Source: Paramecium tetraurelia
Lineage: Eukaryota
Assembly (NCBI GenBank): GCA_000165425.1
Contig: CT868668.1
Span: 186,001-250,000, forward strand
DNA: 64,000 bases
Reading direction: 5' to 3'
Of the stretch, positions 51,104-64,000 are shown one piece after another (positions within the stretch are counted from its first letter, which is position 1; every line of letters begins with the position of its first letter). The notes under the pieces were generated by a model. It made no database searches, had not been told where the DNA came from, and was given only the letters and a program-made list of their open reading frames with translations. Both the position numbers and the translations under genes were made by a program.

Positions 51104-52872
51104 TCATTCATATTTGCAATAACATTAACATTTTTTGTAGGGACATTAATCATAAATGTTGAACCACTCCTAAATGTGTTTCTCATGTCCTCCATGTCTG
51201 CATATCAAACAAACAACGTATAATTAATTTTAGATTGGATTGTAACAGATTGAGCATTTTGGATATAATGTTAAACAAGATAGACATTCAGGATTGGCTA
51301 TAGAATTGCATTGGCAATATTAAATTATCTGTTATTATTTGCTTAATAGCAAATCTTCAATAAAGAGTGGTGGATTCTTATTTTAGAAATCCTTAATTTG
51401 ATTTTCTATTATCATTCTTTCTTTGTAAAGTTGTTTAGAATTCAAGAAATTGCGATATTCTTAAAACCAAGTCAACAATTAATTATCTTTATTCTCAAGT
51501 AGATATAGGTGAGCTGACAATACACCAACTAATTAAATATCTCTTGTTTCTTCTAAATAAAATCGTAGACAATCAACTGATCTTTTATCTAGGGCCCCAT
51601 AATTGATAATTTAATCGAGTGGTTTTTTCTTTAAGGAAAATTCATTCAATTGCTTATCATCACAATATAATAAAGTCAGAATCATTCTATCCTCAAAATG
51701 AAGTCGATTATCATCTTTTAGTAAGTATTCCTACTTATAATAAAATAATGTACCTGAAATTGTTTATCATCCATTCCAAAAAAGTTTAAAATTAGTTACA
51801 TATGTGGATCAGTGTGTTTAATATCCTTGCACATTTGTTAAATTTGTTAGAAGTTTTATTTATAATATGCTTATCTCAAAGGTGTTTCTAAGATATTTGA
51901 AATTTAACTTGTTCCACTCTTGGCAAAATTATTGGATCTATTGATTCTATAATTATGTTATCATAATGATTACTTTTCATAGTTTTAGGAACTGATCATA
52001 TTTATTTAGCTTAAATTGTTATCACTTGAGTAGAAGTTCTTGCAATCAGATCGATCTTTACTAATATCAGATTAAATATTAATAGCAACTTTCAATATCG
52101 GTATAATATCTTAATCTAACTTAGCAAAGTCAGTTATTTTTGTGAATTAAAAAGTACAAACCAAAAAAGCCACATTTCTTATGTAATTTGTAGACCTTTA
52201 TTAGTTTATAATTAGAGGTTCTACTAATTTCTCATGATAATCATAGACTGTATTAAATCCATTTAGTTTCAATTGGTTTTTTCTATATTTATTGTAGTAA
52301 ACTTTTCGATGCCACATCTAACAACTATCACTTTATTCTTTAGGTTGTTCCTTCGATTCAAATTGTATACGATTATCACTATTGATGCTGCTTCTATTAT
52401 ACTGCTTATCTTTTTATTTCATTAAATATTTGAAGATATCAATGTAGATCTTCATGGGATCATCATCGGAGAATTCAATATTGACAATATCCGAAGCATC
52501 AAAATAAAACTTTTTTTTTAATCTGTCCATAAACAAATCCACTAATTTCTACTCTTTATTTCCATTGCCTTCATCGAATTTTTCAATTGGCTAGTCAGGT
52601 TTATATTTCTCCAACAATAGATCAAATTCCTATTATGTAAATAATTATTAATAAGGTAATTCAATATTTAAGCCATGTTCTTTCTAAAGTATCTGTCTAA
52701 CATTATAAAAAGTATAGGTGATTTCCTATTGCTAGGCCTGCGGATAACTTTCCTCAGGAATGGATTCTTGAATATTGGTTTAATTAATCCTGTCAGGGAT
52801 TGTAGTGCAGCTATTAGAGGCTGAGTACTATTAAAGCCTAAAATCGCCTTCACTTTTAGGATTCTTTATCAT
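51104..52872 (-). CDS. MIOS: GATOR2/SEACAT subunit MIOS/Sea4-like protein, 572 aa, with C-terminal Zn/RING domain
   Basis: FEDRMILTLLYCDD, FYLEETRDIQ, WFQEYRNFLN..ER, CLSCLTLYPKCSIC, CLICRHGGHEKHIQEWF..CPYKKCQCYC; two introns give a closed frame. Confidence 0.72.
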
Positions 52873-53061
52873 TCTTCTATTAGTATGGCTGATCAGATTT
52901 TTATTAATATTAATATAAACAGAAATTCAGGATCCTCAATTTACTTATATTTGAGTATTACAGAATAAAAAGTGTGAGACCAAGCATCATTTGTAATCTG
53001 TATATATTGGATAAATAATTATATTACTTTATATTTTAAATTATTAACATACTTCATATCA

Positions 53062-54061
53062 ATGAGAGCTTTTATAAAATATTCATACTTTAATTAACCA
53101 AAATAAACTAAACAACCAAAAAAGCCAGATCCTTAAAAGATAAGAAAAGGTTTGGAAAAATTGAATAATTATTATTTGAGAAATCTTGCAAGTGCTTATT
53201 AACCTTTGATGATAAATATGATTGAATAAATGAAAAGAGAATTTTAGATCCTCGAGCAGGTATCACATAATCTCTATGTAAGTTTAGCGATAAAGTAAAT
53301 AAAAGGAATTTAAAGGAAATATTTTTAGCTTGGAGAATTCAAAGTTAACAGCCTCAACCATATAAATTACAATTACCATACAGTCCACCCAAAAAGGATT
53401 TAAGTCGTAAAAGTGCAGGCAAAAAGTCAGTCTAATCCAAAACTCCCAGAAATGAAATCAAATTTTATACGCCAGGCAGGGAATCTTCAAAAAGTGTAAT
53501 TTCAACCATTACAAAAGAAGATGACCAGCAATCAAATAAAATAGCGGATCTCTTTAGGTTGAGAAAATATTGGAACAAATTCAAACTATTTTCTAATTTT
53601 CAAAAGCATTTGGCATTCAAATCTAAACATTTTAGAAACTTTTGCATAATTAGAAAATATTTTTATAAGTTTTAAACTCTTGTATATCTAAAGAAATTGA
53701 GACTTGAAGGTAATTCTTGTAATCTATTCTAGAGTATTAGAAATCCAAAAATTTTTATACCTTAAGAATATCCTTCTCTAAATGGTATGAATTTGGTCAA
53801 AAGAAAAAGCGACACCAATTCATTTTGGCCAAATAAAGTTAAAAATAGAATTTATTACTTATGAAGAAAGGATTAAAAGGTTTGCACTTGAACTGCTAAC
53901 AAAAATAATAATTATAATCAACATAATTATCCCATAATTCATAAATTTAATAATAATAACAGAAGAAAATTAAACTTATTCCTAAGAAAAATTGAAAAAT
54001 ACTATATGTTTATTAAATACCTATATTTCCATAATATCTACTATTTATTAATTATCCCTGA
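53062..54061 (+). CDS. Basic helical protein with Sfi1-like W/F-spaced repeats
   Basis: LKEIFLAWR, LRKYWNKFK, IRKYFYKFQ, LRISFSKWY; two 23-nt introns. Confidence 0.55.
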
Positions 54062-54526
54062 TGATAATCTCACAATTCTGTTATATTAAAAAAGGGGAGA
54101 GTAATTTCTATAATCAAACAATTACAATATATACATAAATGAAAAATTATAGAAATTAAGATTTAGATGTTGCTTAGTAGAAAATTTATCTAAATATTGT
54201 GACATCATCATATAACATCTATCTTACAAGGTTAATAATTCTTTGCATAGAGATATATGTTTAGAAGATAAAAAGTAATATTTATTAATCTAGGTTTAAT
54301 GTATCATCAGTTTTGTAATTATTGGATATTAATATGATAAAATAGAATAAGCTAATTTATGATCGAATCCATTTAATTTTAATTACCCAAAAGATTAGAT
54401 AAAATCCTGATATTTATTAAATAAATTTGAATCTTAAAGACCCATCTTTAACAAATAATAAATGAATGATTTTTAATTTAAAATTCTATATATATATTTA
54501 TATAAAAAAAGAATAATAGATTAATA

Positions 54527-56041
54527 TCAATTGTCAATACTTGGTTCAGTTTTAAATCGACTCTTACTACCGAATTCATGAACTGACTTACAAGAGCTAA
54601 TTTAAAAAGACTGCAAAGCATTAAATTTGAAATTCAACTTAAACTTTTTCATCAAAATCTCTTTCATCTATTTATTTATTGGCGAAAGTTTTTGAGTTAA
54701 ATAGGATGGAGATCTTGTTGTTTTAATGTTCTTCTCTTTGGAGAAGAATAAATCCTCTGAAATAGATTATTATTAATTTGTATTATTTGGCTTGGCTTTC
54801 TATTTATTAAACTTTGTAATGTCGAAATAACTTAAACATTTTGGTTGATTGGATCTAACCTCATTTTTTCTAGGAGATTTAATTACAAACATATCTTTCA
54901 CTAATCTTCTTTCTACTGGCAAGCAAATTGGTTCCACATAAACCTGTCCTTTCTTTACTTCTTCCTTTCTTTATTCAAGATATGAAGTCATTAACTTTGC
55001 TTTCTCTATTAACAATTTAACAATGTCTGGAGATGTCTTTCTAGCACTATTGAAATCTTCACATTCCATATAATATGCTGTGGTGTTGTCCAATGTTTTG
55101 CAGGTATATTGTCTAAAAGGCATACATTCTAAGATCTCCTCGTGGCCAATGAAGGAATTATCGGAGACTTGATATAAGGGCAATTATTATTATTTAACTT
55201 CAACTCTTCCTTTAAGAATCAATAGGAAAAACTTCACTTGTTCTCCTTCCCTCCATAACCACTGTTGAGGAGGGAGGTCGATTTTGTGAAAGAATTATAT
55301 GAATTTAGTTATTTGCATTCTCCCAACGCTAGGGAACAACTTAACAAAGTAGTCCAGAGTTTAATTCATCTCCAGAACTGACTTCTCACATAAGATCTTA
55401 AAATCCTTCTTGCACATGCTAATTAAGTAAATTTGATCAGATGTGACCAAGATACTTGCAGTCCTGGGTTTATCTGAAATCAGAGCTACGTCTCCAAACG
55501 ATTATCCAGAATAAAATTAAAAAACCTTCTTAAACATACATACATTCTCCTGGAAATACACACTGGAGTTCAATTGTGATAGCATCACCTCTATATAAAT
55601 TTATTTCAAAGGCTTCTTATTTCTCCAAAACGCTTCGAATTCAAAAGGTTGCTTGGCCTAACTGATCTCTTCCCTTTCTGCTTCTATTTCACTCTCGGAT
55701 CTTGGTACTAAGACTGCAACCTCCCCTTTGAGAATCACATAAACTTTATCTCCCACATCCCCGTAGTGGAATATAATGTCACCATATTTGTACTATTCAA
55801 ATTCAAAAAATTGCCCAGATTGTATACAAAAATCCTCCAGCTTTGTTCCTTCAGGGCAGTTACGTTTCATGAATTCCAAAGTAGCCAATCCTGGAGTTAC
55901 TTATTCTAGAGAATGATCATCTTATAATTTTCCACATGAAGAATAATATTACAAAGCCACCCTCAAATTAGCCTCATTTTTTCTCCTTTAGGTTGTCATA
56001 TCATTTTAACCTTATTATCCTTTTGCATTTGCAATTGACAT
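54527..56041 (-). CDS. Tandem cyclic-nucleotide-binding-domain protein
   Basis: IIFHYGDVGDKVYVILKGEV, SFGDVALISDKPRTASI, second domain LWREGE..FLLILKGRV..FIGHEEI..RQYTC; intronless, 504 aa. Confidence 0.85.
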
Positions 56042-56398
56042 TAATTTTTTATAAAAACTTCAATTATTTCATTTTAGAATTTTATATAGGATCGTTTTAA
56101 ATACGTAATCTCCCTCATTTTTATGCTTTATGCATTCCAGTCTAATCCAAATTTCATAGATCCCAAATATGTTATAAAACAGAATCCTTTGTTTTTGACA
56201 TCAATTGGAATAGGGTCTATTCTAATCTCATATATAAATAATCATCTTTATATTTGAATTGAAGAAGATTCGAACTTCTTGGCATGGTTTTTTGGAGATT
56301 ATTTGATAGGTAATAAATTAAATTTCTTATCAAATGAAAATTTGAGGAATATTCATGAGGATTTTCTAATAATAAAATTAAAATTTTTGTATAATAAG

Positions 56399-58329
56399 AT
56401 GCAATAACCATTATTCTTACAAATTAGGTAATTCATTTTACAATTTGATATGTTTGGATAGCCTCCAAAATTTAGGATTTTGGGGAAATACAAATATAAT
56501 TCAACTTTGGGGGCACTATCAACATTAGGGACTATTTTCTTTGCTCTGGCTTATTTAATCGTTGGGATTTAAGAATTAATAGCTAAAAATTCGCCAAATG
56601 TGATTTCATCAGAGAGATAAGTAGTAGAGACATCAGTACATCTCTGATATATTTAGCCATTTTTTCTCGAAAGGAATAATTTCACAATTGCAATTACCAT
56701 GGCTGATCTTAATAGTCAACCTTTAACAACGATAAATAAATATTTTACTATTTCTCTAAAAAATTGTTAAACCACTAGAATTTATAATGAAACATCCTAA
56801 TCTTCGAATGTTACAAGAAAGTAAACTAAATTCTAAATGATAGCTGCACGATGATCCCGTTGGAAGCATGCACTAAGGAGCATTTTTTATCTGAAACTTA
56901 GATTGACTACTTCTCAAGAATTAGACTGGGATCTGTATAGTGTATCTAAAAGGATTATTGGGATGATCATCCACCTGTAAATAAAATAAGTTATTATTAT
57001 TAAGGTACTACAAGGGATTAAAACAAGTCCTGTATATTCCTCATTGACAATAACCGTTTCTGTGTGTAAGAACTCCACTAATAAAAGTGATTGTGCTCCA
57101 ATTGAGGACATAAAAAAATAGCTGAGTTCTGGATTTTATGCAGTTCATTTAAGTGACTCATTATTGTAGATGAATAGAGCTGTCAATATGTCCTTAGATG
57201 TCATAAACATCTAATATTACACATTTTCAATTACGACTTCTAAAAACATATTTTAGCAATTTAAAGTTGTCGATACTTAGACAGATTCTGGCATGGTGTT
57301 TTCAGATTTATCTGAATAGCAAGTGCTCATTTAGGATTCACTCAGAGAGTCAACAGACCTATACAATGAAGAATACTTAGTTTTACACAGTATCAATTTA
57401 AGTTCAAAATATACGGAATACCAAAGATCGTATGTGAAGATTCAAGCCATTTTAAGCAGAGTGGGAGGCTTATATTAAATGATATTTCTATTGTTGTCAG
57501 CATTCATTTAACCTCTCGCTTAGTTAATGTTGGACATAGACATGGCAAATGAATTGTTCAAATTCAGTGACAACAAAAAGGATAAATTAAATTTATCTGA
57601 TGACAATAAAGTCATTGACGGGTTGGCTGGAATAGTCAGAAGCAGGAGGAAACTGTTATCTCCTAGAGACACTGGCAGATTGAACAGTGATAATAATCAG
57701 GAAGTTATGATTGTAATAATTGTAGACTATTTAGAATGAAAGTTTGAATATAATTCTATAGAAGAAGAACCAAATTAGCAGGAACATTAAAACAATCATT
57801 TGGATATTCATAGGTTGCGACAAAAAGAAGAAGAAGATGTTGGAAATGGCAAAGGAGAAATATATGGAGAAATTAGATGTGAAATTGATAATTTAAAAAT
57901 TGTATGAACTTGATCAACTGAGAGATATTATATTGACAGAGGAACAGAAGAAATTATTCAAATATTTGCCTAAACCTGACATTGCCCAAGACTTAGAACA
58001 AGCCAAATGTCTGGATTAATCAAAGTAAAATTAATAATTGCAGTCTATTGCAATTTAGGAGGCATTTTAAGCTTATGAAAAAGTTGTATCTTTAGGTTGG
58101 AAATCAGGGGTTAATTAAAAATTAATTTAATCTTTAGATCCAGAAATCTAGTAGCTGTTCTAGTCGCTTCAAAAGAGCTAAGCGAACTAGAATCAATTCT
58201 TAAATGAGATTCCTTTGAATCAATCTAAGGTCAGATTTGATGTGGGGGATTTAGAGGATTGTTAATCAATCTATGATGATTGCAACGCTAATCCTCAGAG
58301 AATTTATACCTAAGTCCCAAAAAAAATGA
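56399..58329 (+). CDS. Ciliate-expanded two-TM protein with large extracellular loop
   Basis: FDMFG..YNSTLGALST-TM1, Cys-containing loop, DTQTDSG, RSYVKIQAILSRVGGL-TM2, LDVKLIIQKLYELDQL..LTEEQKKLFKYLPKP. Confidence 0.75.
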
Positions 58330-58425
58330 ATAAATGGCATGAAACATAATGATATAGTTTGAATTATAAACTTATATACACTTTGATATATATGTATGAA
58401 AACATATACTGAATAAAATATCACA

Positions 58426-61400
58426 TCATCCCAAAAGAGGGTCAACTCCCCTTCTACCAAACTTCTAATAGGCAAACCAGCCTCCAACTCCCAAAATGGC
58501 AACGCCGAAAATAACAATTAAAGTGATCCACCACCAGCTTGAGCTATAAAGATATAAGGGTTAAGTTACCTTCCTCCATCACCATCATCAGGATTGGGGG
58601 GTGGGTTTGGTTCTGTGGTTGATAAGTAAGCCATTGAAGAAACATCAGCAAAGTTATTATGCAAATAGAGTTTGAATTCCACTTATTCAGTATAGGCAGC
58701 TGAATTGGTTAGGATCAATTGAGGATCAGCTCTCATCTCATACTTTTCGATTAAATACTCATCAGACAAAGCATCATAATTGATATTTGTGTATAAATTA
58801 GGCTAAATGAATAAGATGAATTGATACATATTTGGCTGAAGCATCCTTAGTTAAAAGCAAAGCAAAATCAATGGGTAAAGCCTTGTGATAATCAGCTGAG
58901 ATTCCATGAGTGAATGAAATAGTTTTAACAATGCCTGGTCTGTCGCTAGGAATGCTATAAACACCAATAACAACTTCCTTATCATTACTATAAGGAATGG
59001 CGAGAAATCCATTAACATAGGCTGATTTGTCGATTGCCTTCCAAGTTCCATATGGAGTCAAGACGTAATTCAAAACTGTATTGGTTTTGATGACAGGCAA
59101 TCCAGAGGTTGGTTTAGATGCATCAAGATCGAATCCAAAGGAATAATGAGCTGAGTTACTGGTTGTGACAAGTAAATTGATTTAGAGAGTGGTTCCACTA
59201 ATTTGACTGCTCAAAACTTTGACTTATAAGAATAAGGCATCATCTGCAATGTGATATTGATCGTTTGTGAATGTTCTCAATTTGACTTATTCATTGATGG
59301 TCTTAGAGTACACACCTTAGGCATCATATGCAAAATGAGCAAAGTAAAGACCATTGTTGATATCTGTGAAGACGATAGTATTGTAATTAACACTGTTGAT
59401 TTAATATTTGATGACATCAAAATCTCCAATTTATAAGAGTTTACTTCCGACATATTGATCATTGATAGTGAATTTATTTGAAATGGTGAATTTTGATTGA
59501 TCATAATCCAAAGCGGTGACAATAATGAAACTATCAGTAGATCCAAAGTTTTCTGGATCAGTATTCAAAATAATGATATTCTTGTTATCAGGCATAAGAA
59601 CCTTTGAGATCTTCTTGGCTCCTCCAATGGCTTGTGAACCTTGTTTGAATTGTTAGCAATTCTCCAAGTTTGTGCATTAGTTAATAAAGATACCAGCTTC
59701 ATTTTTAATGGTTGTGTAGGATGACAATATAAAACTGTTGTCTGCTGAAACAGTCACTAATTCACAATTGACGGATCTATCTTGAATTTCCTTTTTCTGT
59801 TTGAATTTACCAGCAGCATCTTGGAAGATCAAGGCATCTCTAGTTTGATATACTTAACCAGCTGTACCAAATTAGACACCATCAGAAATATCGAAAGGCA
59901 TATCTGCTCCATCCAAAACTCTGTAAATGTTGTTCCTCACCTTCAAATCACCTTTACATGTTTCACATCTAACAATAATTTATGTTTGTTGTCCATAATA
60001 CCAATCTGATCCCATATCAATAATTTACTATTAAGCTTACTTGGTAAATTTGAAGACCTTCTTCTTGGAGGTCAATACAGATTATTTGATGATAATGTCA
60101 CTTTAAGTGTTAAGGACTGTAACTTTTGACACTAAATTCAAGGGTGTGTTTCCAGGATAGTTAGAAACTTGTACTCCTGTGGTTAGATCATTAACGTATT
60201 GTTGGGTTTCTAATTCTGGAGTGATGTATAATTCAGCATCAGCCAAAATGCTTACGACTCTATGGATTGTATTGTTATTGAAATAGGAAAACATCTATTT
60301 GCCACCATCAACTGCCATATCAAAAGTCTTTTTGTCGAAGTCCATGGCTTTGGTTTCTAATACTTTGTGTAAACAAATGTGAGAAACAACTCCTGGTTCA
60401 TAGACCAAGACAACAGTTTCCTTTCCGTCAGTTGCTCTAACAAATAACCAACCTGTTTACGATGAGTAATCAACTGTTAAGGGTTTTTGCATCTTGTAAT
60501 TGAAGAAGGGCAAATTCTTGGTTTTGTAGATTCTTTGGATATGTTAATAATTGTATTCTTCAATCAACTCTTAGTCCTCCAATTGTTAAACCACAAAGAA
60601 ATGATGTTGACCAATGGCAACTTCCACTTCTGATGCTGCAATAATACTGATTTGCTTGAAGAGGATGAAAGTTGAGAAACTCTTTTGATTTGTGAATTCT
60701 CCAACGTATAAATGATTTAAAGATTGAATGAATACGAGTTGTGCTCTTGCTTTCTTGTTACTGAAGACTCTTTTAGGTGTGAAATATCCTTCTATCTTGT
60801 ATTCAGAGAGAACAGAAGAGTTGATTTCATAAATCTTTCTAAATGGTATAGTGGCATCATAAATCTAGACTGTTTTTCTGTCTTCCTAAACACAATAAAT
60901 TGCGCTTCTAACCATAGTAACTGATGTAAATTTATTTAATGGGTCAGTACTATCAACAACCACCTCACCAACTTTTTTCACTTAACCTCCAGTACTTGTA
61001 TAGATTTGAATTGAGTAATCAGTATCTTAATACATATAAGAAATTTAATTGATGAAGATCCACCAGTAGAACGAGTGCTTCTTCTTATCAATTTGAACTC
61101 CCAAAGAAAAAGTATCAAAATCACTACAATGAGCATTCTCATGATCTGCAAGAGAATGGGTGCATTTGTAGACATAGATGATCTTTGTGGGTATCTATAC
61201 CAACAAATAGAATTATTCAGAACTATCAGTAACAAGAATGTCCGAATAGATAACTTCCTTAGCATCTGGAAGTCTGATTCCATTCAATTACAAGTTCCAA
61301 GCAGATTTGATGGTCACAATGATTTTAGAGGCTCCCAATTCTGGGTGTTCCAAAGTGGCCAAAGATGAATATTAAAGGTTTGGACCAGAGGCAATCAAGT

Positions 61401-63061
61401 CAATTCCAATCGGATCTGTGGGGACTTTCAATGTTTATGGGAAAGGATGGTTGCTTTGTTCATAGATTTAACTGTCATCCTTCTTCAAGACTCTCACATT
61501 TAGTGTGACTGAGCATTTCTAAGAGGTATCATCCAATGAAATAGCATCTAGAGTGTAGGTCTTGGTTCCATCATTTGTACTGTCTTATTTCTTCAATCTC
61601 AAGTATCCATTAGAAACTAAGAATCTGTGTGCAGAATTTTTATTGACTCCCAACAAATCTGGCTCATATGGATTGATAATCAATTGATCGAACAAATCAT
61701 TAGTATAAGTGTACAATTTGGATCCATCGTCAGAATGATAAACATGTACTACAGTGTCCAATTTCAAAATTAAGAAATATTGACTCATTTACACTTAAAC
61801 TCTTCCATAACTTGCATTCTCTGGTAATTTGATACCAAACTTCATAACTCCATTTTCATAAAAGTTTGCTTTATCTTTGAAAACTAAAACCATGTGTCTG
61901 GTTATTGATCCGTCATTATTAATCAAATAATTGAAATCGAATCCATAACTCTTTGTTATGTAAGGGAAAGAGATATGTTCCTTTAACTTCCATTCCAATG
62001 ATTAAGATGTGAATTGCAAAACATAAACACCGCTTTCACCATCCAATACGTAGATGTCACCATTTGGTTCAAGTTGGAAATCCATAATTGAAAATTTTTA
62101 TTTTGTTACGTCAGTACCCAATAATCCAGCCAATTCAATCTTGGTCAAATATGCCACAGGAGTTTAAGAAAATTTCTTGTTACTATATTTATAAACTTCC
62201 AATTCACAATCATCATCCAACTTGTCATTACCCAAATCGGCAAAGTCAGTTGCCCATGCAGGCTCTGCTCTGAACAATAATGATATCTTGTCAGCTTCCA
62301 AACCTCCATCCATATCCTATTCAGATGTTGAAAAACTGAAATTATGAAACGCTATCTTTCTGTCTTCGGTATAATTATAAAGATATCCTTTTGGATGCTC
62401 ATTTGGTGAGAGATCGTAGTGCTATGAATCTTGTAAATCAACCACGATAAATCCATTATGCCATCCCAAATTGGCTGGGTCATCCAAATCTGGCTATTGA
62501 CAATCTATGACTATCAAATAGTTAGTCAAAAAATCCAAATCGTGGCATACAAAGGACACTGTTGTATTTCTGACATTCACCTAAGCATGGAATCTAGGGA
62601 CCTAATCCATTTTTTAAGGATCACTAAATTATTTAATCAAATTCTACATACCCAAGTGCGTAGAATACGTCAATGTCTGTCTTGTTTTATTCTAAAAACA
62701 CAAAGTCGTTCAACCATGCTCCATTATCGAAGGATCTATAAGCCTTGAGATTTTATATTGTCCCAATCGAAGCTTTAATTTAATTAATTATTCATACGAT
62801 CACCATGAGGCACTGGATCTCCTATTTCAGACAGAGGATCCACTGTTTCAAAGTAGGGACAATCATTGTTAATCTTGAACTTCAAATTCTCCCCCGTGAA
62901 GAAAAATTTTCGCATATCCCATTCCTTTGTTTCATTAACAGTAGCGTACACATTGTAATGCTAATTGATTGTGTCTAAACATAATCAATACACTTCATAC
63001 CGCATTTTTAAGCTAAGATTGCCGATGACATCACAGCTAATATCAGAATTGCTCTCTTCAT
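58426..63061 (-). CDS. Very large (about 1500 aa) type I membrane protein with beta-rich ectodomain
   Basis: Signal peptide MKRAILILAVMSSAILA; P/G/D linker; TM WWWITLIVIFGVAILGVGGWFAY; short tail QKFGRRGVDPLLG*. Confidence 0.8.
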
Positions 63062-63809
63062 CACTTATTAATTATTAATAATTAAGGATATAAAGATTTT
63101 TTGTTTAAATACTCCCGAATAATCATGTTCTATATTATGTACATTTATTCATTTAAAATAAATTGCATAAAAGATAAACAAACCCAAAAAAACAAATTAT
63201 GTGGATTACATTATATTAAATTATATTATTAATATATAAATCAATTAGAATTTAGAATTTGATTCTTCTTTATCATTTCTGGCCCAACATAACTCAATTT
63301 AAAGTAAAATTCAACTTGATTTATCGATGATCATCCGTCTCAATCTCATAGGCAGTATGCTAATTTCAACGATTAAAATTTCAGAAACTGGAAATCAATA
63401 AATGATAATTATTCAAATATTATTCTCAATTTAGAGAAAAGCTAACAATATTCATGGATAATTATGTTTCCATCTTGTTATGACAGGAACTTAATGATAA
63501 AAAATGAAGTTGGAAATGAGAACTTCCTCTATGAAATTATATTTTTTTAAGTTTTATAAATGTATTTCTCTATAGATAATATAATTTATTCTAGAAAATT
63601 GTTTTTTGAGGGGGGTAATAATATTTATTTGCAAATTTTAAAAAATTTTTATTTTAAAGTGATTACGCAGTATAATTTAAAAATCTTAGTTTTCTAGATA
63701 AGCAATTCTAATCCACAATTAATAATCGTATTAATTATTAGAATCTTTTCTAAAATTGCACTATAAATACACCATGGAAAAATGACAGTAATTTATTAAT
63801 ACTATTTTC

Positions 63810-64000
63810 ATGAAAATTTTTCACACTTTGCTTCTCAGTTTCGTAGTTTATGTTGCTATCGCAGCGGAAACAGCAACCACTTGTACAGATGATCAAGTGT
63901 TAGTAAAAGGAAAGTGAAAGGATGCCAAAAATTGCAAAACTTAAATTGGTTTCTTTAAGCAAACTCAAGCCAACGGCAAGAAACACATAGCCAAGAGACC
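63810..64000 (+). CDS. 5' end of a secreted protein with an in-frame TGA at 63915-63917 (possibly a pseudogene or base-call error); runs off the window
   Basis: MKIFHTLLLSFVVYVAIAAETATTCTDDQVLVKGK*KDAKNCKTQIGFF... Confidence 0.55.

Noticed and set aside
51260..51460. Suspected frameshift before the MIOS RING domain
   Set aside because: Codon-phase check shows the same frame through to the stop
56123..56257. 44-codon ORF in the divergent promoter region
   Set aside because: No recognisable family or intron support
1..64000. Novel reassignment of TAA/TAG to different amino acids
   Set aside because: Both codons fall at conserved Gln positions (KP[TAA]N, TLT[TAG]N, TN[TAG]D), which is the ordinary ciliate table 6
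1..64000. tRNA, rRNA, CRISPR array or telomeric (C4A2/C3A3) repeats
   Set aside because: None recognised by eye; tRNAscan-SE and Infernal would be needed to exclude small RNA genes

Overview
AT-rich, very gene-dense ciliate DNA with the hallmarks of a Paramecium macronuclear-type chromosome. TAA and TAG read as Gln at conserved positions (GSK3 HRDIKP[TAA]N, PMCA TLT[TAG]NKM, PP2C KTN[TAG]DS), TGA is the only stop, and introns are tiny GT..AG elements of about 20-28 nt. The supplied standard-code ORF track is therefore fragmented and mostly misleading, so I re-translated by hand with table 6. About 35 protein genes can be traced. They include RPA3, DRC7, GSK3, PP2C, a PSTAMRE CDK, a PMCA pump, a SAXO-like protein, OST4, an ankyrin-AGC kinase, a CCT protein, a vWA-alpha-kinase, a MIOS/Sea4-like protein, a CNB protein and several surface proteins. 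There is also one decayed CTD-phosphatase pseudogene and a 102-N assembly gap. The main points for follow-up are: a tri-ubiquitin-like protein ending in GG-R, head-to-head with an alpha-kinase lacking its Zn ligands; a head-to-head pair of apparent pseudoenzymes (class I aldolase-like and USP25/28-like); in-frame TGA codons in PMCA and a secreted protein; single-base frameshifts in CDK and DRC7, most simply assembly errors; intergenic spacers of only 7-20 nt; and a diversifying tandem pair of secreted proteins. I recognised no rRNA, tRNA, CRISPR, telomere array, transposase or clear IES. All homology calls come from remembered motifs, not database searches.
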